Origin: Bacteroidota bacterium
Lineage (GTDB): Bacteria > Bacteroidota > Bacteroidia > Palsa-965
Assembly: GCA_031412295.1 (NCBI GenBank)
Contig: JANOCU010000031.1
Span: 66,330 to 130,329, forward strand
DNA: 64,000 nt
Reading direction: 5' to 3'
The notes beneath the pieces were generated by a model. It searched no databases, had not been told where the DNA came from, and saw only the letters and a program-made list of their open reading frames with translations. Shown here one piece after another: positions 39,251 through 49,269 of this stretch. A program made the position numbers and the translations under genes. Every line of letters starts with the position of its first letter. Position 1 is the first letter of the stretch.

Positions 39251-40494
39251 GAAAGCATTTTTATCGCCTTTTGCAAAGCAGTGAACAACAAATCAATTTC
39301 TTCTTTTGTATTATACAACGCGAATGAAACACGAACTGTTCCCGGAATTTTATAGCATTCCATTAAAGGTTGTGTGCAATGATGTCCTGTGCGAACAGCG
39401 ATTCCCTGCTGATCAAGAATAGTTCCGATATCGAACGGATGAATAGTTGAAAAGGAAAAAGAAATAACGCCGGCTTTTTCTTTCGCTGTTCCGATGATTT
39501 TTAACCCGGGAATGGTAAGCAGCTTTTCGGTTGCGTACACCAGCAGCTCATGCTCATGCGCGTAAATATTTTCCATCCCGATTGCATTCACATAATCGAT
39601 CGCTTTAGCAAATGCAATTGTTCCTTCGATGTTCGGTGTGCCTGCTTCAAATTTCAGCGGACCTTCAACGTAAACTGTTTTTGCAAATGAAACAGTCTTG
39701 ATGGTTCCGCCGCCAATTTGATACGGAAGCATTTCATTTAAAATATCTTCCTTCACATAAAGCGCACCGATACCTGTCGGACCGTAAACTTTATGCGCGG
39801 AGAAACAATAAAAATCGCAGTCGAGCTCTTGCACATTTACAGGCATATGCGGAATAGCCTGCGCGCCGTCAATCAGCACAGGAATATTTGCAGCATGTGC
39901 AAGCGCAATCATTTCTTTCACGGGATTGATCGTTCCCATGGTATTGGAAACATGTGTGAAAGCAAAAAATTTTGTTTTTGGTGAAAGCAGCTTTTGCAAA
40001 TGCGCAACTTCCAGCTCACCATTCTCATTGATAGGAACGACACGAAGGACAGCACCTTTTTCTTCACAGATCATTTGCCATGGAAGAATATTGGAATGAT
40101 GTTCCATTTCGGTGACAAGCACTTCATCGCCCGGTGTCAAACGGTTTCTGAGGAACGACCAAGCAACAAGATTGATGCTTTCGGTTGTGCCGCGTGTAAA
40201 AACAATTTCATTTGGTGAAGCTGCGCCGATATGTTTTTGAATTGTTGCACGCGCATCTTCATACGCTTTCGAAGCAACCTGGCTGAGATGATGAACACCG
40301 CGATGAATATTTGCATTGTAGCGCGAATAATAATCGACGATGGAATCAATAACTGCTTGTGGCTTTTGTGTGGTGGCGCCATTGTCAAAATAAACCAATG
40401 GCTTGCCATTTACCTTCTGAGAAAGAATAGGAAAGTCTGCACGATATTTTTCAACGTCGTAAGTCAGTGTTTCTATGTTTTCAGATTTTACCAT
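39247..40494 (-). CDS. sufS: Cysteine desulfurase
   Basis: YFDNGATTQKP, NIHRG, MEHHSN, SAHK (PLP Lys), RTGHHC. Confidence 0.95.
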   Translation of the reverse strand: MVKSENIETLTYDVEKYRADFPILSQKVNGKPLVYFDNGATTQKPQAVIDSIVDYYSRYNANIHRGVHHLSQVASKAYEDARATIQKHIGAASPNEIVFTRGTTESINLVAWSFLRNRLTPGDEVLVTEMEHHSNILPWQMICEEKGAVLRVVPINENGELEVAHLQKLLSPKTKFFAFTHVSNTMGTINPVKEMIALAHAANIPVLIDGAQAIPHMPVNVQELDCDFYCFSAHKVYGPTGIGALYVKEDILNEMLPYQIGGGTIKTVSFAKTVYVEGPLKFEAGTPNIEGTIAFAKAIDYVNAIGMENIYAHEHELLVYATEKLLTIPGLKIIGTAKEKAGVISFSFSTIHPFDIGTILDQQGIAVRTGHHCTQPLMECYKIPGTVRVSFALYNTKEEIDLLFTALQKAIKMLS

Positions 40495-41273
40495 TTGGGA
40501 AGACTTTGTGGAAGCATTAGTAAAAAAGGAATGCTCAGCGAATAATCTACTTCACTGTAATTTTTGCCGAGCTGAAGATTTGTAGAATAGTCTTCCCTGT
40601 TTTCAAAATATTTTTTTTCAGATGGAATCGCCCAGCCTTTTTGTCCGAGTTTACCAGCGAGAAACCATTTCTCCAGCAAACGTGTTGCGCGACCATTTCC
40701 ATCTGTGAACGGATGAATATTTACGAATACAAGATGGATCATCGAGGCGAAATAAAACGTCTCTTCAATCGAAAGCTTTTCGTTGCTGAGAAATTTAATA
40801 TCAAGAAAGAGCTTTCTCAATTCTTCTTCCGCATTTTCCGGTTCGATAGCAGAATAGACAATCTTTCCGTTATTGCTTATTGCTGCTTTTGTTTTACGAA
40901 TTACGCCGAGCTCTTTTTTTGACGGAATGATATCCTTTCCGAAAATTTTATGTGATTGAAGAATTGCTTTAGATGAAATTTCATTCTCCTGCGCAAAAAC
41001 ATAGGCGGAAATTAAATCATCAATTTCGGCAACTTCTACAGAATCATTGCTGAGATTAAATGTCTTGTTCTTGAAATACGAATCAAAATCGACAGAATTC
41101 CCTTCGATGTTTGATGAATAGGTCGCAGCGCTTGCCAGGTAAAAATTAATCTTTCCGATTGGCTCTTCATTTTCCTCCAGCTCTGAAAAAGAGTGAAACA
41201 GATTTACTTCGAGTTCTTTTTTATACTGCTCAAAGTAATCGTAACGAAGAAGCTGAAGTTCCGAATGATTCAT
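40488..41273 (-). CDS. Fic-domain protein (AMPylase), class II type
   Basis: HPFTDGNGRATR catalytic motif; N-terminal SSNIEGN inhibitory motif. Confidence 0.9.
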   Translation of the reverse strand: MNHSELQLLRYDYFEQYKKELEVNLFHSFSELEENEEPIGKINFYLASAATYSSNIEGNSVDFDSYFKNKTFNLSNDSVEVAEIDDLISAYVFAQENEISSKAILQSHKIFGKDIIPSKKELGVIRKTKAAISNNGKIVYSAIEPENAEEELRKLFLDIKFLSNEKLSIEETFYFASMIHLVFVNIHPFTDGNGRATRLLEKWFLAGKLGQKGWAIPSEKKYFENREDYSTNLQLGKNYSEVDYSLSIPFLLMLPQSLPKW

Positions 41274-42571
41274 TATTTCAATATCCTGTCAATTCTGCTG
41301 TCGATGTAATTTCTTAGTTCTTCTATTTTCACATGATCAACTACTTCTTCTGCGAATGCGCGGATCAACAATGCTCGTGCGCTTTCTTTTCCAATTCCAC
41401 GCGCCTGTAAATAGAACATCGCTTCTTCATTTACTTTTCCTGTCGATGTTCCATGCGAACATTTTACATCGTCGGCGTAAATTTCTAATTGCGGTTTTGT
41501 ATTTATTGTCGCGTCATCACTCAGCAAAATATTTCGGTTCGTCTGGAATGCATTTGTCTTTTGCGCATCCTGCCGCACGAATATTTTTCCGTTGAAAACC
41601 GCAATCGCTTTATCATCGATCACACCTTTGTACAATTCGTTGCTCATGCAATTCGGTACCGCATGATCAACAACAGTGTGATTGTCGACGATCTGAGTTC
41701 CGTTGATCGGGTACAAGCCGAATAAGTGCGCTTCACCATTTTTCCCGGTGAAAAGAATATTCAGATTGTTGCGAACGAAATTTCCTCCGAGTGTAAATGT
41801 GTAGGTATTGTAAAGTGAATTTCCACACACTGCAGCATTCAGCGTATTCATTTGTTGCGCAACTTCACTTTCTGTTTGAATGCGATAATGATCCAGCTTA
41901 GCATTCGGCGCTACGTAAACTTCGGTAAGCGCATTGGTAAATGATTTTACCGGACCAATTGATTCATACGATTCGATTACAACCGCTTCTGAAAAATCTT
42001 CCGCCACAATTAAATTTCTCGGCTGAAAGATAGAAGCAACTTCATTATCTGAAATATGCACTACTTGAATTGGTGTTGTGCTTACAGCTTTCTTTTCGAT
42101 GTGAATAAATACGCCGCCGATATTCAAAGCTGTATTTAATGCAATGAACGGATCACTATTAGAAGAAGCATATTTGCCAAAATGTTTTTTAGCTGTTTCA
42201 TTCGTATGAACTGCATCGGCAATTCCGGTTACAGTAATTCCTTTCGGAAGTGTAGCAGTAACAGAAAGTTCAGGAATAAAAACGCCATTCACGATAACGA
42301 GCACAACAGAATCTTTTACCAACGTAAATTGTGCAATGTCGGCAGCAGTTACGCCGCGCATCATATCGGTGCGGAAGCCAAAACCTTTTTTCAGAACGGC
42401 TTCCGGGTTGATGTATTTATAATCTTCCCATTTGCGCGTAGGAAATCCCTGCTCTTCGAAAATTTTCGCAGCATCCTGTCGCAATTCTTTCTGACCGTAT
42501 AAAGTAGAAAGCTGCTGCTCAAAATGTGCGAGCAGCTGATCTTTGAATGTCATTGTTTCTGTTGCGTTCAT
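41273..42571 (-). CDS. sufD: Fe-S cluster assembly protein
   Basis: FPTRKWEDYKY, FNGKIFVRQDAQKT, PQLEIYADDVKCSHG; ATG 42571 preferred. Confidence 0.95.
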   Translation of the reverse strand: MNATETMTFKDQLLAHFEQQLSTLYGQKELRQDAAKIFEEQGFPTRKWEDYKYINPEAVLKKGFGFRTDMMRGVTAADIAQFTLVKDSVVLVIVNGVFIPELSVTATLPKGITVTGIADAVHTNETAKKHFGKYASSNSDPFIALNTALNIGGVFIHIEKKAVSTTPIQVVHISDNEVASIFQPRNLIVAEDFSEAVVIESYESIGPVKSFTNALTEVYVAPNAKLDHYRIQTESEVAQQMNTLNAAVCGNSLYNTYTFTLGGNFVRNNLNILFTGKNGEAHLFGLYPINGTQIVDNHTVVDHAVPNCMSNELYKGVIDDKAIAVFNGKIFVRQDAQKTNAFQTNRNILLSDDATINTKPQLEIYADDVKCSHGTSTGKVNEEAMFYLQARGIGKESARALLIRAFAEEVVDHVKIEELRNYIDSRIDRILK

Positions 42572-42575
42572 AATT

Positions 42576-43331
42576 TTATGCTTCAACAGATTCAGATTTC
42601 AACCAATCGTATCCTTTTTCTTCCAGCTCCAATGCTAATTCTTTCGGGCCTGTTTTTACAATTTTCCCATTGTATAAAACATGCACAAAATCAGGCGTGA
42701 TATAATCGAGCAAACGCTGGTAGTGAGTCACAACAATAAACGCGCGATTTTCGCCACGCAATTTGTTTACACCATTTGCAACAATGCGCAATGCATCAAT
42801 ATCAAGTCCTGAATCTGTTTCATCCAATATTCCCAATGTTGGCTCTAACATCGCCATCTGGAAAATTTCGTTGCGCTTTTTTTCTCCGCCGGAAAATCCT
42901 TCGTTAACAGAACGTCCTGTTAATTTTCCATCGAGCTCTACCAGCTTCTGTTTCTCTTTCACCATCGCAAGAAATTCTTTCGGCTCAATTGGTCCGAGTC
43001 CTTTGTAGGTGCGGATTTCATTGATCGCAGTTTTCAGGAAGTTGATGTTGCTCACTCCCGGAATTTCTACCGGGTATTGAAACGCAAGAAACACACCTTC
43101 ACGCGCGCGATCTTCGGGCGACATGTCGAGAAGATCTTTGCCGTTGAATCGTACTTCGCCTGCAGTTACTTCGTATTCTTCTTTACCTGCAAGTACAGAA
43201 GCAAGCGTGCTTTTTCCGGAACCATTCGGTCCCATGATAGCGTGTACTTCGCCTGCTTTTACTTCAAGATTTAATCCGCGGAGGATTTCTTTTCCGTCTA
43301 CAGATGCGTGGAGATTTTTTATTGAGATCAT
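42576..43331 (-). CDS. sufC: Fe-S cluster assembly ATPase
   Basis: GPNGSGKST, FSGGEKKRNE, LDETDSGLD. Confidence 0.97.
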   Translation of the reverse strand: MISIKNLHASVDGKEILRGLNLEVKAGEVHAIMGPNGSGKSTLASVLAGKEEYEVTAGEVRFNGKDLLDMSPEDRAREGVFLAFQYPVEIPGVSNINFLKTAINEIRTYKGLGPIEPKEFLAMVKEKQKLVELDGKLTGRSVNEGFSGGEKKRNEIFQMAMLEPTLGILDETDSGLDIDALRIVANGVNKLRGENRAFIVVTHYQRLLDYITPDFVHVLYNGKIVKTGPKELALELEEKGYDWLKSESVEA

Positions 43332-43345
43332 AGTTTTGTTGTATA

Positions 43346-43365
43346 CCCCAACCTGAAGGTTGGGG
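43346..43365. repeat. Short REP-like hairpin between sufB and sufC
   Basis: CCCCAACCT-GA-AGGTTGGGG. Confidence 0.55.
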
Positions 43366-43370
43366 ATAAG

Positions 43371-44831
43371 TTATCCTACTGAGCCTTCAAGTGATACACT
43401 CAGCAATTTCTGTGCTTCAACAGCAAATTCCATTGGCAGTTGATTCAATACTTCACGGCAATAGCCATTGACAATTAATCCAATTGCCTTTTCAGTATCA
43501 ATGCCGCGTTGTTTGCAATAGAAGATCTGGTCTTCACCGATTTTTGATGTGGTTGCTTCGTGCTCTACAACACCGGTCTTATCGTGAATTTCGATGTATG
43601 GAAAAGTGTGTGCGCCGCAACGGTCTCCCATCAAAAGCGAATCGCATTGAGAAAAATTTCTTGCGTTGGTTGCGCCCTTCCCGATGCGAACTAATCCGCG
43701 GTAGGAATTCTGACTTTTACCTGCGGAAATTCCTTTCGAGATAATTGTGCTGCGTGTATTTTTTCCGATGTGCAGCATTTTTGTTCCGGTATCGGCTTGC
43801 TGCATGTTATTGGTAACGGCAACAGAATAAAATTCACCGATTGAATGATTTCCTTTCAGAATAACGGAAGGATATTTCCATGTAATAGCAGAACCGGTTT
43901 CCACTTGTGTCCAGGAAATTTTAGAATTATCGCCTGCACAAATTCCGCGTTTGGTAACGAAATTGTAAATGCCGCCTACACCATCTTTGTTCCCGGGATA
44001 CCAATTTTGTACAGTAGAATATTTCACTTCAGCATCTTTATGCGCGATGATCTCTACAATTGCAGCGTGCAATTGATTTTCATCACGCATCGGCGCAGTG
44101 CAGCCTTCGAGGTAGGAAACATAAGAACCTTCATCAGCAACGATCAGCGTTCTTTCAAACTGTCCTGTTCCGGAAGAATTAATTCTGAAATACGTTGACA
44201 ATTCCATCGGGCAGCGAACACCTTTTGGAATGTAGCAGAAAGAACCATCGCTGAAAACTGCGGAGTTCAATGCCGCGTAAAAATTATCTGTGTAAGGAAC
44301 AACAGATCCCATGTATTGCTTTATCAACTCGGGATGTTCCTGCACGGCTTCACTGAAGGAGCAGAAAATAATTCCTTTTTCGTAAAGCACTTCTTTGAAT
44401 GTCGTTTTCACAGAAACAGAATCGATAACTGCATCAACAGCAATACGCGATTCCACTCCGACCAAACGTTTTTGTTCTTCGAGTGAAATGCCGAGCTTTT
44501 CAAATGTCTTGAGCAATTCCTGGTCGACTTCATCAAGGCTTCCAACTGTTTTCGTTTTTTTCGGAGCAGCATAATAGCTGGAATCCTGGAAATCGATCGG
44601 AGGAAAATTTACATGCGCCCAATGATTCGGCTCTTCCATTTTCAGCCAGTGACGGAAAGCTTTCAATCGGAATTCGAGCATCCATTCCGGTTCGTTTTTC
44701 TTTTGGGAAATGAAGCGAACAATATCTTCATTCAAACCTTTCGGCGCAAACTCAGTATCGATGTCGGAAACGAATCCATATTTGTATTCGCCCTGGGTGA
44801 ACTCTTCTAATATTTCGTTTTTCTCGGCCAT
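43371..44831 (-). CDS. sufB: Fe-S cluster assembly scaffold
   Basis: [40 protein letters not shown]; ATG 44831 preferred. Confidence 0.97.
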   Translation of the reverse strand: MAEKNEILEEFTQGEYKYGFVSDIDTEFAPKGLNEDIVRFISQKKNEPEWMLEFRLKAFRHWLKMEEPNHWAHVNFPPIDFQDSSYYAAPKKTKTVGSLDEVDQELLKTFEKLGISLEEQKRLVGVESRIAVDAVIDSVSVKTTFKEVLYEKGIIFCSFSEAVQEHPELIKQYMGSVVPYTDNFYAALNSAVFSDGSFCYIPKGVRCPMELSTYFRINSSGTGQFERTLIVADEGSYVSYLEGCTAPMRDENQLHAAIVEIIAHKDAEVKYSTVQNWYPGNKDGVGGIYNFVTKRGICAGDNSKISWTQVETGSAITWKYPSVILKGNHSIGEFYSVAVTNNMQQADTGTKMLHIGKNTRSTIISKGISAGKSQNSYRGLVRIGKGATNARNFSQCDSLLMGDRCGAHTFPYIEIHDKTGVVEHEATTSKIGEDQIFYCKQRGIDTEKAIGLIVNGYCREVLNQLPMEFAVEAQKLLSVSLEGSVG

Positions 44832-44876
44832 AATTATTTTATTCACCTCACCAATGCTGGGGAGAATGGGTGATTT

Positions 44877-45203
44877 TTAAACAGAAAAACTTTCTCCGCA
44901 ACCACAAGTGCGAGACGCATTCGGATTAACAAAAACAAATCCTTTTCCGTTCAAACCTGCCGAATAATCGAGCTCGGTTCCAACGAGGTAGAGAAAGCTT
45001 TTTTTGTCGACAACGATTTTGATTCCTTTATCTTCAAAAACCTGGTCGGTCGGTTGCAGCACATGGTCAAATTCGAGCTTATAAGAAAGCCCTGAACATC
45101 CGCCGCTATCCACACCAACGCGAATAAATGAATCTGCAGGACGATTTTCTACCCTGATCAGGTTTATCGCCTGGTTTTTAGCATTTTCAGTTACAGTGAT
45201 CAT
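44877..45203 (-). CDS. sufA: A-type Fe-S carrier (SufA/IscA/HesB)
   Basis: GGCSGLSY and CGCGESF motifs; first gene of the suf operon. Confidence 0.9.
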   Translation of the reverse strand: MITVTENAKNQAINLIRVENRPADSFIRVGVDSGGCSGLSYKLEFDHVLQPTDQVFEDKGIKIVVDKKSFLYLVGTELDYSAGLNGKGFVFVNPNASRTCGCGESFSV

Positions 45204-45231
45204 TGATTTTCAGTATTTTGTGTAATCCCGT

Positions 45232-45252
45232 TTATTTAGACTAAATCTAAAC
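45232..45252. promoter_or_regulatory. Palindromic operator upstream of suf, probably iron-responsive
   Basis: TTTAGA-ctaaa-TCTAAA dyad about 30 bp upstream of sufA; regulator identity is inference. Confidence 0.6.
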
Positions 45253-45297
45253 AGCGTACAAAAATACCTACTTTTAGGTAGATGTGCAAGTAATAGT

Positions 45298-45440
45298 TAG
45301 GAGTTCGGAGTGTTTAGTTCGGAGAAAGGGATTAAGTGATTTCACTATCTAAAAGCGGGATGGAGCTTTATTCATAATTGCTGGCGGACAACACGTTATA
45401 AACCAACTTAAATCTCCGAACTAAACACTCCGAACTCCTA
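45298..45440. repeat. MITE-like element with perfect 28-bp terminal inverted repeats built from 7-bp units
   Basis: TAGGAGTTCGGAGTGTTTAGTTCGGAGA (45298-45325) is the exact reverse complement of 45413-45440; 87-bp spacer. Confidence 0.8.
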
Positions 45441-45454
45441 CCTACCTTTACCAC

Positions 45455-46501
45455 ATGCTTGACAATTCCTCCACCACAGAACTTTCGAAACTCGGCGAAT
45501 TCGGTTTGATCCGCCATCTCACCCAACATATTGAGCTTAAAAACCCATCTTCCATAAAAGGAGTTGGCGATGATGCAGCTGTAATTGAATACGGCGAAAA
45601 AAAGATGACTGTGGTTTCTACCGACATGTTAGTAGAAGGCATTCATTTCGATTTAGGTTATGTTCCGCTGAAACATCTCGGTTATAAAGCAGCAACAGTA
45701 AATTTTTCCGACATCTGCGCGATGAATGCGGTGCCGAAACAATTGCTCGTTTCAATTGCAATCTCCAGTAAATTTCCACTTGATGCAATTGAAGAATTGT
45801 ATTCCGGAATATTGGTTGCATGCGAACGATACGGCGTTGATCTTGTTGGCGGCGATACAACTTCTTCTACAAGCGGATTAATTATTTCCTGCACGATCAT
45901 TGGCGAAGGAGAAAAAGAAAAGCTCGTTTACCGTAATGGTGCAAAAGAAAAAAATCTGTTGTGCGTGAGCGGCGATCTTGGCGGTGCGTATATGGGATTG
46001 ATGATGCTTGAAAGAGAGAAGCAGGTTTTTAAAGCCGATCCGAAAATTCAGCCCGACCTGGAAGGCAACGATTATATTCTTGAGCGCCAGTTAAAGCCGG
46101 AAGCACGAATTGATGTGATACAAATGCTGAATACACTTGGCATAGTTCCGACTTCGATGATCGATGTTTCTGACGGACTTGCTTCTGAAATTCTGCATCT
46201 CTGCACACAATCAGGAGTAGGGGCGCAGATCTACGAAGAAAAAATTCCGCTTGATCCGATGACATTCGATCGTGCGAGAGAATTCAGCCTTGATCCCACC
46301 ATGTGCGCAATGAACGGCGGAGAAGATTATGAATTACTTTTTACAATTGACATGAAAGATTACGAAAAGCTACAGCATAATCCTGATGTAACTTTCATTG
46401 GCCATATCACTGCAAAAGAAAGCGGAGTAAATCTTGTTACCCGTTCCAATACCATGCACCCAATCAAAGCACAAGGCTGGGATGCGTTGTTGGGTAAATA
46501 A
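45455..46501 (+). CDS. thiL: Thiamine-monophosphate kinase
   Basis: GEFGLI, GVGDDAA, DMLVEGIHF, NFSDICAM, GGDT, DVSDGL, GGEDYEL. Confidence 0.96.
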   Translation: MLDNSSTTELSKLGEFGLIRHLTQHIELKNPSSIKGVGDDAAVIEYGEKKMTVVSTDMLVEGIHFDLGYVPLKHLGYKAATVNFSDICAMNAVPKQLLVSIAISSKFPLDAIEELYSGILVACERYGVDLVGGDTTSSTSGLIISCTIIGEGEKEKLVYRNGAKEKNLLCVSGDLGGAYMGLMMLEREKQVFKADPKIQPDLEGNDYILERQLKPEARIDVIQMLNTLGIVPTSMIDVSDGLASEILHLCTQSGVGAQIYEEKIPLDPMTFDRAREFSLDPTMCAMNGGEDYELLFTIDMKDYEKLQHNPDVTFIGHITAKESGVNLVTRSNTMHPIKAQGWDALLGK

Positions 46502-46529
46502 CAACCTGATTTGTAAACCACACTTTTAT

Positions 46530-46580
46530 TAACTCTGAAATTATATTCACATTTTGATTGTGAATATAATTTCAGAGTTA
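46530..46580. repeat. Perfect 22-bp AT-rich inverted repeat
   Basis: TAACTCTGAAATTATATTCACA-ttttgat-TGTGAATATAATTTCAGAGTTA. Confidence 0.85.
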
Positions 46581-46639
46581 CATGTACTACAGAATAAAAA
46601 TGGCCTACTTTCGCGGCAAACCCTCATAATCTTCCCAAA

Positions 46640-48748
46640 ATGAAAAAAACCCTTACTACATTTTTGTGTTTACTAATCGGATCTGCTTCGCTTTTTGCGC
46701 AGGCTGTTCCAGAATTGCTTTATTACACTTTTAACGGCACCGGCACTACAGTGCCTAACCAGGCAAGTGCACCGCCTGCGAACACCGCTACCGCCACCAT
46801 CATGGGCGGACTCACACAAGGGCCAACAGGTCAATGCCAGGGAGCCCTCATCGGTTCGGGTATTTCATCTTCCACCGATTACCTGAACACCGGCTGGGCA
46901 ACCAATCTCAGCGGTACTTCCTGGACCATTTCCATGTACACCAAAGATATTACAGCAAGCAGCACGTTGTTCTATATTTTCGGTGATGTCAATGCAGGCT
47001 CATTCCGCTGCTTTACGAATGGTGTTGCAGGTCCTAACAACTGGATCCTGCGCGGAACAGGCATGACTGATGTTCTTGTAACCGGTGCTGCTGTTGTTGC
47101 GCCACACGTTACAACATTCGTATATGATATTGGAACGAATACCATCTACGCTTATCTCGATGGTGTCTTGGTGAATACAGTTGCACAACCTGGTCCGGTA
47201 ATTAACGGATCCGGTCCTTTTAAAGTAATGGGTTACTCAAGCAATGTTGGCGCACCTGCGGGTGGAAAGCTGGATGAATTCCGCTTGTACAACCGTGCGC
47301 TTACTGCAGCTGAAGTTGCGCAGCTCATTAATCCTCCAACAGTGTTCAGCTCATTCAGCGTGAATGCGTGTTATTTGTACACTGTTCCGAGCGGTGACGA
47401 AACGTATACTGTAAGCGGAGTTTATAATGATACAATTCCTGCTATTGCCGGATGTGGAGACAGCATTATGACGATCACAGTAAACATGGCGAACAGCTCC
47501 AGCTCTTTCAGCTTTAGTGGTTGCGGGTTCTATACTGTACCAAGCGGCGACGAAACGTATGCTGTGAGCGGCGTTTATATGGATACAATTCCAAACGTGC
47601 TCGGTTGTGATAGTGTAATGACAATCACCGTTTCAATTAATAATACAACCAGCTCGTTCAGCGCGAGCGGATGTGCCAGCTATACTGTGCCAAGCGGTAA
47701 CATGACCTACACTGCAAGTGGAACGTACATGGATACGATCCTGAATGCATCGGGCTGCGACAGTGTTATGACCATCACCGTTTCGATCAATAATACAACA
47801 AGCACATTCAGCGCAAACGGTTGCAGCAGCTATACCGTTCCAAGCGGAAATATGACCTATTCTGTAAGTGGTACGTACATGGACACAATTCCGAATGCAA
47901 TGGGTTGCGACAGTATTATGACGATCATGGTTTCGATCAATAATACATCAAGCGCATTTAACGTAAGCGGATGCGGCAGCTACACCGTTCCAAGCGGCGA
48001 TGAAACGTACACCGCGAGCGGAACTTATATGGACACAATTCCGAATATGATGGGTTGTGATAGCATCATGACAATTACTGTTACACTCAATAATAGTTCA
48101 AGCGCATTCAGCGTTTCAAACTGCACCGACTATACAGTTCCAAGCGGTGATGAAAACTATGCTGTAAGCGGAACTTACATGGATACGATTCCGAACATGA
48201 TGGGCTGTGATAGTATTATGACGATCAACGTTACTATTTATGGATTGCCAACTGTAACAGGCTCATCTTCTGCTATGACATTGTGCGTTGATGATGCTAA
48301 TGCAACACTTACCGGAAGTCCGGTTGGTGGAACATGGTTTGGTATTGGTGTATCCGGAACATCTTTCGATCCGGGAATTGCAGGAACAGGATCACAAAAT
48401 CTTATCTACAACTACACCGATGCAAATAGCTGCTCAGGTTCTGCTACAATTACCCTTACAGTAAATGCATGCGTTGGTGTTGAAGAACAAACATTAATGA
48501 ATGGTGTAACTGTTTATCCGAATCCGAATAACGGTGTATTTACAATTGCTGTAAACTCAAACGTTGGCGATATGCAAATCGTGATCACTGACTTGCAGGG
48601 CAGGGTTGTTTATTCTTCCAATGAAAATAATATCAGCGCCGGCTTCACACAACAAATCAATTTACAAGGTGAAGCATCAGGTTTGTACCTCATGCAGATT
48701 ACCGGTAATGGCGAACAACGCATTGAGAAAATTGCTGTGCAGAAATAA
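46640..48748 (+). CDS. T9SS-secreted protein: LamG/ConA-like domain + six Cys-containing repeats + CTD
   Basis: Signal peptide; YLDGV..GKLDEFRLYNRALT..EV (LamG); repeats C..YTVPSG..Y..SG.Y.DTI....GCDS; YPNPNNG CTD. Confidence 0.87.
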   Translation: MKKTLTTFLCLLIGSASLFAQAVPELLYYTFNGTGTTVPNQASAPPANTATATIMGGLTQGPTGQCQGALIGSGISSSTDYLNTGWATNLSGTSWTISMYTKDITASSTLFYIFGDVNAGSFRCFTNGVAGPNNWILRGTGMTDVLVTGAAVVAPHVTTFVYDIGTNTIYAYLDGVLVNTVAQPGPVINGSGPFKVMGYSSNVGAPAGGKLDEFRLYNRALTAAEVAQLINPPTVFSSFSVNACYLYTVPSGDETYTVSGVYNDTIPAIAGCGDSIMTITVNMANSSSSFSFSGCGFYTVPSGDETYAVSGVYMDTIPNVLGCDSVMTITVSINNTTSSFSASGCASYTVPSGNMTYTASGTYMDTILNASGCDSVMTITVSINNTTSTFSANGCSSYTVPSGNMTYSVSGTYMDTIPNAMGCDSIMTIMVSINNTSSAFNVSGCGSYTVPSGDETYTASGTYMDTIPNMMGCDSIMTITVTLNNSSSAFSVSNCTDYTVPSGDENYAVSGTYMDTIPNMMGCDSIMTINVTIYGLPTVTGSSSAMTLCVDDANATLTGSPVGGTWFGIGVSGTSFDPGIAGTGSQNLIYNYTDANSCSGSATITLTVNACVGVEEQTLMNGVTVYPNPNNGVFTIAVNSNVGDMQIVITDLQGRVVYSSNENNISAGFTQQINLQGEASGLYLMQITGNGEQRIEKIAVQK
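47354..48243 (+). repeat. Six intragenic ~150-bp (50-aa) tandem repeats
   Basis: Unit FS..C..YTVPSG..TY..SG.YMDTIPN..GCDSIMTI.V repeated six times. Confidence 0.88.
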
Positions 48749-48765
48749 TTATTGAGCTTTATATT

Positions 48766-48804
48766 TAGAACAGGCTCCCCGAAAAGGAGCCTGTTCTATT
48801 TTTT
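48766..48804. terminator. Terminator hairpin between convergent genes
   Basis: TAGAACAGGCTCC / GGAGCCTGTTCTA followed by T-run. Confidence 0.8.
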
Positions 48805-49044
48805 CCCTGAACGCATAATAAGCGCTACCACTACTGCTATAATTGCGACAACAATAAAAATTCCTACTCCCATTCCTGCTTTAAAAACACCACCGATCAA
48901 TTCGCAGGAACTCATCAGCATGCTTATCATCAGCAATGCAAAAACAGTAAAAGTTTTAGCGACTTGAAAATCAATGGATGACTTTCTTAATGGTGCCGTT
49001 GATTTCGCTTTGGAGTCAATCGGATGGTTGTCAGAATTTTTCAT
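48796..49044 (-). CDS. Small membrane protein with lipobox-like motif and C-terminal TM
   Basis: LMSSC followed by IGGVFKAGMGVGIFIVVAII hydrophobic helix. Confidence 0.65.
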   Translation of the reverse strand: MKNSDNHPIDSKAKSTAPLRKSSIDFQVAKTFTVFALLMISMLMSSCELIGGVFKAGMGVGIFIVVAIIAVVVALIMRSGKK

Positions 49045-49269
49045 AACATAGAGTTTGTTATCTCTACACTAAAATATTCATGCCATTTCATTGTTTCCTG
49101 AAAACAAGTCATTTACAATTTTTTAGATACGAAGATGCTGAGTAAAAAAATCCACAAAATGAGATTTAAAAGCAGTTTCGGTCTACCTCATATGTAGTAT
49201 TGTAGAAGCAAGGCATTAAGTCTTCCTTTGAATCGAGTCACTTTTCCCCCTTCAACTCTTTATGCCTGT

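Noticed and set aside
45330-45454. TPP riboswitch upstream of thiL
   Set aside because: No CUGAGA / ACCUG core seen; the region is the inverted-repeat element and the -7 box is 4 nt from the ATG
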